From NCBI GenBank assembly GCA_963662265.2, contig CAXXHA010000017.1, positions 1 to 63,901 of the forward strand: DNA of 63,901 nucleotides, given 5' to 3'. Positions 52,218 through 63,060 of the stretch are shown piece after piece (the stretch's first letter is position 1; each line of letters opens with the position of its first letter). Made by a program: the position numbers and the translations under genes. The DNA comes from Spirochaetia bacterium (GTDB taxonomy: Bacteria > Spirochaetota > Spirochaetia > CADAEX01). A model generated the notes under the pieces. It was not told the DNA's origin, made no database searches, and saw only the letters and a program-made list of their open reading frames with translations.

Positions 52218-52323
52218 AAATTTATGATAATATTAAAATTATTTAAATAAGATTCAGATATCATCCCCTCTTCTGGGGTACTAACCCTTTTCAGCTCTTC
52301 TCTTCTGATCAAATAATTCTTTT

Positions 52324-52965
52324 CTACTGCATTCTAATTTCAGCTTTACTGAGTCTTCTTCTCCTGAAAATCAGAATATAAATCATCCAGGGTATTATAG
52401 CCATTAGCCAGTACCCTATAGTCTGAAAGACAAGATAATAGGGGCCTATCATATAGTTGCTGAACGGCATGCTTATAACACGCCAGGAATAGACAAATAC
52501 ATTAAATGTCTCTGTTATAAAACCCACAATTGTAACTATTACAAACAGGGAAAGGAAAAAAGAAACAGATTCGCTCAGTTTCAGCCTCTTGAAAAACTCA
52601 ATGCCGAACATAAGGCTTACAAGATGATAGGAGAGAGCTATTGTCCATTCAAAAACATACTTCAGAAAAGTATCGGTATGTGTATAATGCGGATAAATCC
52701 AGTAACCTAGCTTCATACCACAGAAATCTGTAAATATTGAAGCTGCAAAAAGCAATATATAATAAAGTGACTTTTCCCTCTTCCCCCAGTCGTGGAAAAA
52801 TTTTCTCCTGGTAACAACTTCATAGAGATCAAGAAAAATCAGATAAAACCCAATTGAAAAAAGTGTATAAAAATGGGGCTGCTTGTAAATAAATGTCTGT
52901 AAAACTGAAATCAGCAGGCATACAGGGCCTGTGAGGTGCTTAATATACAGCTTGATGTTATCCAT
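52324..52965 (-). CDS. Hypothetical membrane protein
   Basis: 213 aa with several hydrophobic segments; GGAG RBS. Confidence 0.7.
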   Translation of the reverse strand: MDNIKLYIKHLTGPVCLLISVLQTFIYKQPHFYTLFSIGFYLIFLDLYEVVTRRKFFHDWGKREKSLYYILLFAASIFTDFCGMKLGYWIYPHYTHTDTFLKYVFEWTIALSYHLVSLMFGIEFFKRLKLSESVSFFLSLFVIVTIVGFITETFNVFVYSWRVISMPFSNYMIGPYYLVFQTIGYWLMAIIPWMIYILIFRRRRLSKAEIRMQ

Positions 52966-52998
52966 TCCTACTGCACTCCTTTTGAAACCAGTAGTTAA

Positions 52999-53913
52999 TT
53001 ATTTGCTGAATGTTGAACCTGAAAGCCGGTCAAGAGCGAGTATCAGTGAATGTGTCCCATATTTACCATAGCCCAGCGCCTTAAGTGATACATAGAGCTG
53101 GTGAACAAGTGAAAGTCCAGGCAGAAAAAGATTCATTCTCTTTGCTTCATCAAGAGCAATTCCCATATCCTTGATAAAGTGTTCTACCATAAATCCAGGG
53201 TCGTAGTCCCCCTTTAGGATACGGGGTGCGTAATTATCAAGAGACCAGCATGCAGCAGCTCCCCCCTTGATAGTATCAATCATGACCTGGAGATCAAGTC
53301 CCGCCTTATGGGCATACAGAAGAGATTCACATACTCCTATCATTATTCCTGCAATTGTTATCTGGTTGCACATCTTGGTATGCTGTCCTGTACCTGCCCC
53401 GCCCTGGTACCTGATATTCTTTCCCATAATTTCGAAAAGAGGATATACAGTGTCATAAACATCTTTTTCACCGCCAGCCATAATAGCAAGGGCTGCATTT
53501 TTTGCGCCGACATCTCCCCCTGATACAGGCGCATCGATAGCATCAACACCGATTTCCATTCCTTTTTTAAATATTTCTACGGCAAGAGACGGTTCTGTTG
53601 TTGTCATATCAATAAGGACCGAACCTCTCCTTACTTTTTCAAAAATTCCATCAGCTTCAAAATAGACTTTTCTGACATCTGCAGGATATCCCACAATTGT
53701 AAATATAATATCAGCTTTTTCAGCTACCGCGGCAGGGGTGTCTGCCCATTCTGCGCCCTCGCTGACAAGATTGTCTGCTTTAGACCGTGTTCTGTTGTAA
53801 ACAACAGCCTTATAACCGTTGTCCATTAAATGTTTACACATCCAGAATCCCATTACACCGGTTCCTATCCAGCCTATTGTAACTTCCCTGTTTTTTACTG
53901 CATTTATATCCAC
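52999..53913 (-). CDS. NAD(P)-dependent beta-hydroxyacid dehydrogenase (3-hydroxyisobutyrate/tartronate semialdehyde reductase family)
   Basis: GWIGTGVMG, DAPVSGGD, GQHTKMCNQ and FIKDMGIA. Confidence 0.92.
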   Translation of the reverse strand: MDINAVKNREVTIGWIGTGVMGFWMCKHLMDNGYKAVVYNRTRSKADNLVSEGAEWADTPAAVAEKADIIFTIVGYPADVRKVYFEADGIFEKVRRGSVLIDMTTTEPSLAVEIFKKGMEIGVDAIDAPVSGGDVGAKNAALAIMAGGEKDVYDTVYPLFEIMGKNIRYQGGAGTGQHTKMCNQITIAGIMIGVCESLLYAHKAGLDLQVMIDTIKGGAAACWSLDNYAPRILKGDYDPGFMVEHFIKDMGIALDEAKRMNLFLPGLSLVHQLYVSLKALGYGKYGTHSLILALDRLSGSTFSK

Positions 53914-54160
53914 TTTATATCTCCTGCATGTTCTATCAGTCAGTAATCAGGACTGACAATTCTCAGAAAAATTGTATCATATAATCAATTCTATTTATAA
54001 CCTTTTTAGAAAAAAATATCATTATACTCTGTATCAAATATATTTAATAAAAGAGTAAATTCTGATATGTTAAAAATATAACTGTATTTTACTGCCTGTA
54101 TAATCTTTGCAGGTGATTTAATCAAAGAAATATATAACAACTGTTTCAGGAGCATATAAA

Positions 54161-54874
54161 ATGAATAAAAGTCTTGTGACTAATTCAACAGCAGCATTAC
54201 TCATAATCGCAGGATATTTTTCGCCGGTATACAGTCATCACATAATAACAACAGGTTACTTTGCACTTTCAGGAGCTGTTACAAACTGGCTTGCTGTTTA
54301 CATGCTTTTTGATAAAGTCCCGTTTCTCTATGGATCAGGGGTTGTTCCTCTCCATTTTGAAGATTTTAAAAACGGGATAAAAAACCTTGTCATGGAGCAG
54401 TTTTTCTCTGAAAAAAATGTTACAGCTTTCACATCCTCAACAATGTCTTTTTTCTCATCATCAATAGATCCTGAGCATGTTATCGCATCACTTGATATGG
54501 ATAAACTTTTTGACAAACTGACAGAAATTATTATAAGTTCATCTTTCGGCGGCATGCTTGGCATGTTCGGAGGAGTAAGGGTACTTGAATCATTCAGAGA
54601 ACCTTTCCATGAAAAAATGCAGGCTGCTGCCTGTGAAATAATCACAGATGATAAAGTTGATGAAATAATAAGAAAAGGGCTTACATCCGAGACTACCTAC
54701 AATTCAATAAAAGCAAATCTGGAAACAATGGTCGATAAAAGGCTTTCAGAACTTACACCCGAAATGGTAAAGGAAATAGTACAGAAGATGATAAAGAAGC
54801 ATCTCGGCTGGCTTGTTGTCTGGGGAGGTGTTTTCGGAGGACTTATCGGCTTTATAATGAGTTTATTTCCCTGA
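54161..54874 (+). CDS. DUF445 family membrane protein
   Basis: GAVTNWLAVYMLF and HLGWLVVWGGVFGGLIG. Confidence 0.85.
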   Translation: MNKSLVTNSTAALLIIAGYFSPVYSHHIITTGYFALSGAVTNWLAVYMLFDKVPFLYGSGVVPLHFEDFKNGIKNLVMEQFFSEKNVTAFTSSTMSFFSSSIDPEHVIASLDMDKLFDKLTEIIISSSFGGMLGMFGGVRVLESFREPFHEKMQAAACEIITDDKVDEIIRKGLTSETTYNSIKANLETMVDKRLSELTPEMVKEIVQKMIKKHLGWLVVWGGVFGGLIGFIMSLFP

Positions 54875-54952
54875 TTCATCTTTTCAGCTAACTGAATATT
54901 AACCTCACAATCCTGAAAAACATGTTATACTGAAAGTACAGGAGGATGAGGA

Positions 54953-55342
54953 ATGCAGACTATCATTAAAAAAATACTTGTTGTCGATGATGAAGAATCT
55001 ATTACAGATATTATAAAAATAATGTTGTCTGCTAAAGGATATGAAGTTATTATCGCAAACAACGGTAAACAGGGACTGGATCTGTACAGGGAGAAAAAAC
55101 CCGATCTCGTAATAACTGATATTATAATGCCTGATATGGAAGGGATTGAGTTTCTTAAGATTTTAAAAAAAGAGAATAAAAATCTGCCTGTTATTGTAAT
55201 GTCAGGACATCCGACAGGTAAACAGTTTTTAAACATATCCCGTTTTCTGGGAGCCCATTCCTACCTTCAGAAACCTTTTTCATCTTCCGAGCTTATTACA
55301 TTAATAGATAATATTGAAAACAATACAAACCAGACTGTTTAA
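54953..55342 (+). CDS. Single-domain response regulator
   Basis: ILVVDDE, DIIMPDMEG and KPF. Confidence 0.9.
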   Translation: MQTIIKKILVVDDEESITDIIKIMLSAKGYEVIIANNGKQGLDLYREKKPDLVITDIIMPDMEGIEFLKILKKENKNLPVIVMSGHPTGKQFLNISRFLGAHSYLQKPFSSSELITLIDNIENNTNQTV

Positions 55343-55368
55343 AAAACAACAGCTTTATCCGCTAATCA

Positions 55369-56637
55369 TTACTCTGTAATCTTACTGCTCTTACATTTAT
55401 TATCAGGCAGCCTTATAAATACAGAAACAACAAGAAGGAGTACAGAAGCTGAAACTATTGCGTATCCCAGACCTATCCTGTCGGCAAGAAAACCTATCAA
55501 AAGAGCTATTATTGAAGCAGTTACAGCTGACACCTGTGAATCTGTAGAAAGAACAGTAGCCATGATACTGTCATCAATTATCTCGCTCATATAGGAGACT
55601 CCTATAGGTCTTCTTAAATTCTCAAGAAGATAAATCACAAGAAAACCAGTTATTGCAATAACAGGAAGATCCGCATTATATGTAACACCAATAATAATAC
55701 CTGCAATAAAAGCCGCAAAAAGTGACAAATTCAGCGGTTTGCAGAGGTGTGTGAATTTTTCTGCAATATTTCCCGCGTTTTTTGATGCTGCTGAATTGAA
55801 AATATATATAACTGTATAAAAAAATCCGATCATGACTGAAATACGCTTATCCTGGTCAAGATCTGCAAATAAAGGAAAAGAAACAGCAAAGAGTATAATT
55901 ACAGGCTGCAGATAATCTTTTACAGCTTTGTGAAACCCCTTTGGAACAGAGATATTTGCAAGAGTCGTTAAAAATACCGGGTCTCTTGCAGCTTTAAAAA
56001 AGCTTGCAAATACTTTCTTTACAGAAGAAGATATTTCCGACACAACAAGTTTACCGGTCGGTCCTTCAAGCTCCTTCGGATAACTGATCATGAGGAGGAG
56101 ATCAAGGAAATATGGAATTGTTGAATAGAGGAAAACAACCTTCATTGTTCCTGTATAGAATACTATCATGGAGGCAATGACAGCAGAAACAGCAGATCCG
56201 ATCTGGGAAGCAGCCCTTGTATTGCCGTAATAATGAACTTTCTGGTCTGCCCATCCGTTTATTTTGAGGTATTCGAAAATCATTGCCTTGTGTGTGCCTG
56301 TCCTGAATGCCTCTCCGAAAGAGAAACAGATCATTGCTGCAATAAACAGGGGAAAAAATGATGAAAAATTAAATACCAGAAAAGCGGCAATATATGAGAG
56401 AAAAGAGAAAACCATTGTTCTCCGTCTCCCGAATGCATCGGCAAGCACGCCTGTCGGGATTTCTATAATATTTACCGTTATTTCCCTTATTGAGTAGAGT
56501 ATACCTATTTCAAAATATGAAAGACCTTTTTCAAGAAAAAACAACATTAAAAATGGTTCAAAAAATCTTAAATTCTTTAAAAAACCGTAGCTGCAGAATT
56601 TATAAAACTGAAGATCTTTTTTAAAAGGTTCACTCAT
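55369..56637 (-). CDS. MFS transporter
   Basis: EIPTGVLADAFGRR motif A; about 12 TMs. Confidence 0.9.
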   Translation of the reverse strand: MSEPFKKDLQFYKFCSYGFLKNLRFFEPFLMLFFLEKGLSYFEIGILYSIREITVNIIEIPTGVLADAFGRRRTMVFSFLSYIAAFLVFNFSSFFPLFIAAMICFSFGEAFRTGTHKAMIFEYLKINGWADQKVHYYGNTRAASQIGSAVSAVIASMIVFYTGTMKVVFLYSTIPYFLDLLLMISYPKELEGPTGKLVVSEISSSVKKVFASFFKAARDPVFLTTLANISVPKGFHKAVKDYLQPVIILFAVSFPLFADLDQDKRISVMIGFFYTVIYIFNSAASKNAGNIAEKFTHLCKPLNLSLFAAFIAGIIIGVTYNADLPVIAITGFLVIYLLENLRRPIGVSYMSEIIDDSIMATVLSTDSQVSAVTASIIALLIGFLADRIGLGYAIVSASVLLLVVSVFIRLPDNKCKSSKITE

Positions 56638-56672
56638 TGCATACTCCCTTATTTCATTATTACCGCATAAAA

Positions 56673-57410
56673 CTATTTCACAATATCAATAATCTTTATA
56701 AGGCTGTCAACTTCATAATCAGGTTTATATTCACCTGTAAGTTTTTCAGAATCCTTCCTGATTCTGCCGTTATGGGGACATACAGGGTTAGAACTGCTGA
56801 AATTGATCCAGCAAGTATCAAGGCCATACCTGTTTCCCCCGGCAATATCTGATGTAAGGCTGTCACCAATGACCAGTATTTCAGATTTATCGGGATTTCC
56901 AATTCTTTCCATTGTTATATCAAAATATTCACCTGCAGGTTTCTGAAAGCCGATCTCATCAGATATTATAACATCATCAAAATACCGGCCTATGCCGGAT
57001 TCTTTTATACGTGAATACTGTATCTCCTTAATCCCGTTGGTTATCATTACAAGAGAATGGGTTTCCGATAATGCTTCAAGAAGTTCAGCAGCACCATCAA
57101 GCATATGAGCAGACACTGCCAGGTAGGCAAGGTATTTCTGACCCATTTCGGCCGGATCAATATTGCCGAGCTTTCCTTCAGTTATCAGATCACTGAACCG
57201 TTTAAGCCTCAGCTCTGTAAGGTTGAGTAATCCTTTCTCAAATTTATCCCAGCAATCTTTATTTATTTTATTGTAAAGTTCAGAAAAAAAGGAATCAGAA
57301 TCCTCTATCCCGTAAGAATCAAATGTTTTTCCGAGAGATTCCCTTTCCGCCCTGTGGTAATCAAAAAGAGTCCCGTCTGCATCAATAAGTATATATTTGT
57401 ATTTAGGCAT
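56673..57410 (-). CDS. YjjG-like HAD nucleotidase
   Basis: DADGTL, ITNG, KP and GDSLTSDI. Confidence 0.88.
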   Translation of the reverse strand: MPKYKYILIDADGTLFDYHRAERESLGKTFDSYGIEDSDSFFSELYNKINKDCWDKFEKGLLNLTELRLKRFSDLITEGKLGNIDPAEMGQKYLAYLAVSAHMLDGAAELLEALSETHSLVMITNGIKEIQYSRIKESGIGRYFDDVIISDEIGFQKPAGEYFDITMERIGNPDKSEILVIGDSLTSDIAGGNRYGLDTCWINFSSSNPVCPHNGRIRKDSEKLTGEYKPDYEVDSLIKIIDIVK

Positions 57411-57454
57411 AATACGGTATTGTAATATGAATTTCAAAAAAGGAATATTTATTT

Positions 57455-58993
57455 TCAGGAAATGATGGGAGAATTTATATTATTTTTGTAATAATCAATG
57501 AACATTTCTGCAGGAAGAGGCTTTGAGAAAAGATAACCCTGAAAATTTGAACATCCTTCATTATAAAGGAAGTTAAACTGGTTTATATCTTCAACCCCTT
57601 CTACAACAACATCAAAATTAAGCTCTCTGGACATTGTAATAATTGCCCTTACAATTGCCTGGTCACACGCATTGTGGAAAACACTTTCAACAAATGATTT
57701 ATCAATTTTAAGTAAATCTATAGCAAACTGCCTCAGATAATTGAAAGAACTGTAACCTGTACCGAAATCATCAATACAGATTTTAACCCCGCTGTTTTTA
57801 AGCTTGTCGAGTTTTCTTGACGCATCTACTGGATCTGCCATCAGGGAAGTTTCTGTTAGTTCCAGTTTTATTGTGCCTGGATCAATATTTCTTGTATAAA
57901 GAATCCTTCTGACAAAATCAACAAGATTCCCTTCATGGAACTGAAGTGATGAAACATTTATTGAAACCGGGATAGTATAATTAAACTTTGCTTTCCATTC
58001 AGTAATCCGGTCTGCGACATTATACATAATCCAGTTTCCGAGAAGTACTATTATACCGGTTTCTTCGGCAAGTGGTATAAACCGGTCAGGGCTTACCCTG
58101 CCCTTCTCAGGATGGTTCCACCTTATCAGGGCTTCTGCACTTATATCTTTTATAATCAGTTTTCCGTTTTCACTCTCAGCAGCATGAATAATAGGCTGAT
58201 AAAACATTTCAAACTGGTTACTCATTTCATCCATGGCGTTCTTTTCAAGAGCCTTGATTATATAATTCTGAAGCTCAAGCTTTTCCATTGCACGCTGCTT
58301 GAATTCGTTCTGGAAAAAAAGATAATCGACTCTTCTGTTTTTTGCATGATCAAGAGCTATATCTGCAGATGTAAGCAGCTGCTCCTTTGTAATTCCGTTG
58401 TCAGGGAAGGTGGCAATACCGATATTGGCGCCTATGGTGATATGGTAACCGGAAATGTTCTCCGTTTCCCGGATCAGACTGCAGACTTCTTCTGCAAATT
58501 TGATTACTTCATCATTGCTCTCAACATCTTTGAGAACAAAAATAAATTCATCTTCCCTTGTATGGTAAAGTCCGTTTGTATCAGCAAGCAGATTCATCCG
58601 CATACCAAGTTTGTAGAGAACCCATTCAACAAGTGCGGGACGGAGAGTTTTTGTGAGTACATTATAATTCTTATCAAGCTGAACAATAAGAAGACTGACA
58701 AAAAGGCCTGCTTCCTGATATTTCCTGATATCCAGATATTCATTAATATCCTGTGAAAGCTTCATCCTGTTCGGAAGGCCGGTTTTAGTGTCTATAGTTA
58801 GCTTTTTCTGAAGATCGATATTTATTTTCTTCTGTTCTCTGTAAAACCTGTCAACTTCTTCTGTTTCCTGACTCTTTTCTACAAGTTTTTGTTCAAGTCC
58901 GCTTATCATCTTTTTATGCATGATAAGCTGTTTTTTCAGGTTATCAGGAGATTCCTGGTTGCTGAAAACAGACGATATATCAAGAAGACCCAC
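57455..58993 (-). CDS. Degenerate GGDEF (REDEF)-EAL phosphodiesterase with N-terminal coiled coil
   Basis: TGLPNR, TREDEF, EALIRW and DDFGTGYSS. Confidence 0.88.
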   Translation of the reverse strand: MGLLDISSVFSNQESPDNLKKQLIMHKKMISGLEQKLVEKSQETEEVDRFYREQKKINIDLQKKLTIDTKTGLPNRMKLSQDINEYLDIRKYQEAGLFVSLLIVQLDKNYNVLTKTLRPALVEWVLYKLGMRMNLLADTNGLYHTREDEFIFVLKDVESNDEVIKFAEEVCSLIRETENISGYHITIGANIGIATFPDNGITKEQLLTSADIALDHAKNRRVDYLFFQNEFKQRAMEKLELQNYIIKALEKNAMDEMSNQFEMFYQPIIHAAESENGKLIIKDISAEALIRWNHPEKGRVSPDRFIPLAEETGIIVLLGNWIMYNVADRITEWKAKFNYTIPVSINVSSLQFHEGNLVDFVRRILYTRNIDPGTIKLELTETSLMADPVDASRKLDKLKNSGVKICIDDFGTGYSSFNYLRQFAIDLLKIDKSFVESVFHNACDQAIVRAIITMSRELNFDVVVEGVEDINQFNFLYNEGCSNFQGYLFSKPLPAEMFIDYYKNNINSPIIS

Positions 58994-59216
58994 AGCTTCT
59001 CCTAAATCTATTCATATAGTTTTTTATCGGCCGAATACACCAATAAGTAAACTGCACAAAACTGTAATTACGAAAATATTCTCATAATCATAGACCTGTT
59101 CAGTGCAGAGTTGTCCCACATTATAAAGCTATTTTTAATTTATGACAGTAAAAAACTAATTAATATTTTATTTAATTCCACTTTGCCTTAATTGAAAATT
59201 ATTATAACATGAAACC

Positions 59217-60032
59217 ATGAAAGTTGATGTACATACACATGTTTTTCACGACAAAATTGCAGAAAAGGCCTGCAATCAGCTTTTGGAACATTACGGATAT
59301 CCGTTAACAGCAGACGGTACAGCAGGGACTCTGTTGAAAATGATGGACAGAGCAGGGATTGATAAATCTTTTGTACTTTCGGCAGCAACAAATCCTGATC
59401 AGGTAATTCCCGCAAATACCTGGGCAATGACGCTTGGAAAGAATGAGCGTTTTATCCCTTTCGGGACAATTCACCCCTCCTTTACAGGATGGGAAGCAGA
59501 ATTCGACCGTCTTGAAAAAAACGGGATAAAAGGTATTAAAATACACCCGGATTTCCAGGGATTCAATCTTGATTCGGAAATAATGTTTCCTCTATATGAG
59601 GCCATGCAGAACCGCTTTGCAGTTCTTTTTCATGTCGGTGATGTACCGCCGCCGGATAAAAATCCATCTTCACCGCAGAAACTTGCAAGGGTTCTTGAAA
59701 ATTTCCCGGATCTCACCTGCATTGCAGCCCACCTGGGAGGCTATCTTCACTGGGACTGGGTCATAGACTCATATAAAGGCAAAGATATATTTATAGACAC
59801 ATCAAGCTCGCTGAATTTCATATCAGACACTCAGCTTAAAAAAATACTCAACAGCTTTCCGGAAGAATCAATCCTTTTCGGAAGTGACTACCCTATTAAC
59901 GATCCGAATAAAGAGATAGAACTTCTTAAAAAAAGGGCAGGTTTTTCAGATGACAGAATTGAAAAAATCATGGAACAGGGTATGAGTGTATTTGAAAGGC
60001 TTAAATCAAAATTGCCTGACAATCATGTTTAA
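59217..60032 (+). CDS. Amidohydrolase_2 family metal-dependent hydrolase
   Basis: DVHTH, GIKIHP, FHVG, AHLGG and FGSDYP. Confidence 0.88.
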   Translation: MKVDVHTHVFHDKIAEKACNQLLEHYGYPLTADGTAGTLLKMMDRAGIDKSFVLSAATNPDQVIPANTWAMTLGKNERFIPFGTIHPSFTGWEAEFDRLEKNGIKGIKIHPDFQGFNLDSEIMFPLYEAMQNRFAVLFHVGDVPPPDKNPSSPQKLARVLENFPDLTCIAAHLGGYLHWDWVIDSYKGKDIFIDTSSSLNFISDTQLKKILNSFPEESILFGSDYPINDPNKEIELLKKRAGFSDDRIEKIMEQGMSVFERLKSKLPDNHV

Positions 60033-60116
60033 ATCCACTACAAGCTTCTTATGCATGGAAGATATCCGGGGCAGAATATAGAGATATATTTCATCATAAG
60101 GAGCAGATTTAGATAA

Positions 60117-60890
60117 CTATTCAGTATATTTGACTACAGTCTTCTCAATAAATCCGCTTTTTATCATATCTTCCAGAATTCTGTTTATTTCAGGCAGTTT
60201 CCCGATAAAAGGGGATTTTCTGCTTAATGTCATGTACAAAGTCCATTCAATAAATGATTTCTCTGAATTTTTAAATTTCCCGTTATATTCGGGATATAGT
60301 TTAAAAAGCCCCTTAACAACAAGTTCATTTGCGGGGAATACATCAATTCTCCCTGAAGACAGCTTTTTCAAATTGCTTAAATCTGAGTTTGCAGTATCAG
60401 TATCAGCATTGTTCAGGAACTTATCAAAACTCTCCCCATAGCTGTATCCCCGTGTAATACCGATCCTGTACTTTTCAAGATCATTAAAATCAGTAAATTC
60501 TACAGGTCCGCCAGGCCTTGAAGCTGAGGACCAGATTACACCTTTGACTTTTAAAACAGGGACTGAATATTCCAGGAATCTCTCTCTTTCCTCTGTTTTT
60601 ATAAGGAACATGACTCCGTCAATATCTCCATGTTCAAGATTGAACAGTGTTCTTTTAAGAGGAAAAATTCTGAAATCCGGTATAATTCCCATCCGGCTGA
60701 AAAGTTCTTCTGAAATCTCTACAGCAATACCTTTCACACTGTCGTTCTGCTCATAATAAAAAGGAGGATAATAGAATGCACCAAGCCTGATTGCATTTAA
60801 ATCATCTCCTGCGGCGGCATTATCAACATGAATAAGTAAAATAAATATAGTCAGACACAATATACGATTCATAACAGCCTTTGATCCCAA
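60117..60890 (-). CDS. Substrate-binding protein (SBP family 3-like)
   Basis: YPPF, PLKR, GYSYG and GRID. Confidence 0.8.
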   Translation of the reverse strand: MGSKAVMNRILCLTIFILLIHVDNAAAGDDLNAIRLGAFYYPPFYYEQNDSVKGIAVEISEELFSRMGIIPDFRIFPLKRTLFNLEHGDIDGVMFLIKTEERERFLEYSVPVLKVKGVIWSSASRPGGPVEFTDFNDLEKYRIGITRGYSYGESFDKFLNNADTDTANSDLSNLKKLSSGRIDVFPANELVVKGLFKLYPEYNGKFKNSEKSFIEWTLYMTLSRKSPFIGKLPEINRILEDMIKSGFIEKTVVKYTE

Positions 60891-60912
60891 TAAGAAAAAT
60901 ATAATATATTTT

Positions 60913-61629
60913 TTAAAACTCTACTTCTATTTCAGAAATACAGGTATCCTTATATTTTGTTCCGGGGTAAACATCGGCAATTGTAATCTTTATTCCGATA
61001 AACCCATACATCTCCATTATCAGAAGCATGTTGGGAAGAGCAGCAAAATCACTTTCCTCTATTCCAAGTTCTGTAAGTATCATTTTAAAAAAATCAAGAT
61101 AGTCTTCAGAGAAATCAACAAGCATTTCTTCTATAAGTTCATCCTGAAATCCTTCAGTATCATAAAGAGGAAAAGTCTGCTTTTTCATGGAGTCTTTTAC
61201 AAGAAGCGATTCTTTAAGAGAAGTCTCTTTTGTAAAATAAAGATAATAATCATTTTCTGTAACAAGGCCTGGTGCATTAAGGCCGCATAAAAAAGATACG
61301 GAAAGTTCCTTTACCCGGCTGTTAATTCTGTAGAGCCTGTCTGATTTTGCAAAACCATTTATCATAGAAAAACTGCTGACTATTTTATTTGTCAGGACAG
61401 TTACATATTCCCCTTTGCCATATCCTTTCACCCCTTCTACCCAGGCAGTCGAAGGATCAGAATCAAATAAATTTTCAGGAGGATAAACAACAGTCTTACC
61501 CCTGATCTTTTCAGAAAGACTGGAACTTGCCCACAACGATTCACTGCTTAAAATCTCCATTTCCTTCCACTGCCCCCATACAGTGTTTAAAGATAAAAAC
61601 AGCAGCATAATACATAAATATTTTTTCAT
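60913..61629 (-). CDS. Secreted discoidin/NADase-type glycan-binding domain protein
   Basis: ASSSL...NLFD.DPSTAWVEG..GYG.GE, NGFAK...NSRVKE and DVYPGTKYKDTCISE. Confidence 0.7.
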   Translation of the reverse strand: MKKYLCIMLLFLSLNTVWGQWKEMEILSSESLWASSSLSEKIRGKTVVYPPENLFDSDPSTAWVEGVKGYGKGEYVTVLTNKIVSSFSMINGFAKSDRLYRINSRVKELSVSFLCGLNAPGLVTENDYYLYFTKETSLKESLLVKDSMKKQTFPLYDTEGFQDELIEEMLVDFSEDYLDFFKMILTELGIEESDFAALPNMLLIMEMYGFIGIKITIADVYPGTKYKDTCISEIEVEF

Positions 61630-61683
61630 AACCCGAACCTCTTTTTTATATAATTTCTGGTATCTTCTGAATAAATACTGTAT

Positions 61684-62397
61684 TCAAGTCTCTTTTTTTT
61701 TCAAGGATTTTTCATATTTTTCCATATTTGACAGGAGTTCAGCAGCTTCTGAATCAGAAAGCAGCTCTAAAACAGCTGTCCTGTAATAAAAATCCCCTTT
61801 AAGCTCTACAACATCCTTTATATATCTCTTTCTGCTTTTCCCTGCATAATCAAGCGGAGAAGGCAGTTCAGTTTTTCTGAAACTGCCCAGAAAGATCTTC
61901 CTGGTTTCTGATATTTTAAGAGCTGCTTCTGAAAAATCACCATCATTGCTTTCTTCTGATGCAGAAATAACAGAAGTCTCCGGTTTATTTCCGGAACATT
62001 TTGTCCGGAATATTTCGTCAGAACCTATTTTTGAACTGAAAAGATAAAGTTTTCCTGAAATATTCCTGGCCCGGGTATATTTTATTTCAGAATCGGAAAG
62101 CATTATATCCCTGATTTCATTAACATTATTAATATCTTTACCATCTGATTCCATGAAATATACAGCTTCATAAACACGTTTTGACTGTCCCCCGTCGGGA
62201 AATCTTCTCAATCCCAGCGGCTGCCTGTACAGTCGGTAATTTGCAAGGAAACAGATTTTTTCACCAAAGGCAAAACCCGGGCTTGTTGAAAAAGCAGTAT
62301 AAACCTCTTTTGAATATCCCCCTGTTATAAAACTGATACAGGAATATATTGAAACAACAAAAAAGAGAATAATCAGATATTTCCACAGTTTTTTCAT
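61684..62397 (-). CDS. Hypothetical lipoprotein
   Basis: Signal peptide with IYSC lipobox-like site. Confidence 0.65.
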   Translation of the reverse strand: MKKLWKYLIILFFVVSIYSCISFITGGYSKEVYTAFSTSPGFAFGEKICFLANYRLYRQPLGLRRFPDGGQSKRVYEAVYFMESDGKDINNVNEIRDIMLSDSEIKYTRARNISGKLYLFSSKIGSDEIFRTKCSGNKPETSVISASEESNDGDFSEAALKISETRKIFLGSFRKTELPSPLDYAGKSRKRYIKDVVELKGDFYYRTAVLELLSDSEAAELLSNMEKYEKSLKKKET

Positions 62398-62471
62398 ATT
62401 TATAGTATATAATAAACATATACTAATTACAGTTTTATTCTTAAAAGTGATGAAAATAAAAGGAGTTATTT

Positions 62472-62987
62472 ATGAATATTGAACTATCATCAGGAAAGAA
62501 AATCAGCAGCATAACTGCAGATGACTTAAAAGACAAACTTCAGCTTCTTAAATCAGGGGAAGACTATCTTATTCTAGAAGACGGGGAAAACTATATCCAG
62601 TGTGCAACATCAGAGGACTCCCTTCTTTTCGAATACCAGGACGGCACCGGACATTACAGCAGCTCATCAGCTGTAAGCTTCGGAAAAGGAGAAGAGATCC
62701 TCTCCCTTTACCTGGGCAGAGACAGTGAATGGAAAAACCTCACTGAATGGGAAAGTGACAAAAGTTATGACGGCGCAGATACTGTATCATCAGGCGCTTC
62801 ATCAGAATTTTCATCCTCAGCAGCTTCCAATACAGCTGGACAGGAAGCAGAAAACAAAGAAGAAGCTTTCAGCGTAGGCGGCATAATGAATACAATAAAG
62901 AAAACCGCAAAAAAAGAGGTAAAAAGAGCTGTTGAAAGAAAGACCGGTGGTCTTGTAAGAGATGCTTTCAGAAAATTTATGAAATAA
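62472..62987 (+). CDS. Hypothetical protein
   Basis: AGGAG RBS; Ser/Ala linker and basic C-terminal helix. Confidence 0.7.
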   Translation: MNIELSSGKKISSITADDLKDKLQLLKSGEDYLILEDGENYIQCATSEDSLLFEYQDGTGHYSSSSAVSFGKGEEILSLYLGRDSEWKNLTEWESDKSYDGADTVSSGASSEFSSSAASNTAGQEAENKEEAFSVGGIMNTIKKTAKKEVKRAVERKTGGLVRDAFRKFMK

Positions 62988-63060
62988 TATGCAGTTTACA
63001 GACCTTGATCTGCCTGCATCATTCAGAATAAAACAGAAAAATCAGCAAGCGAGGCATTAA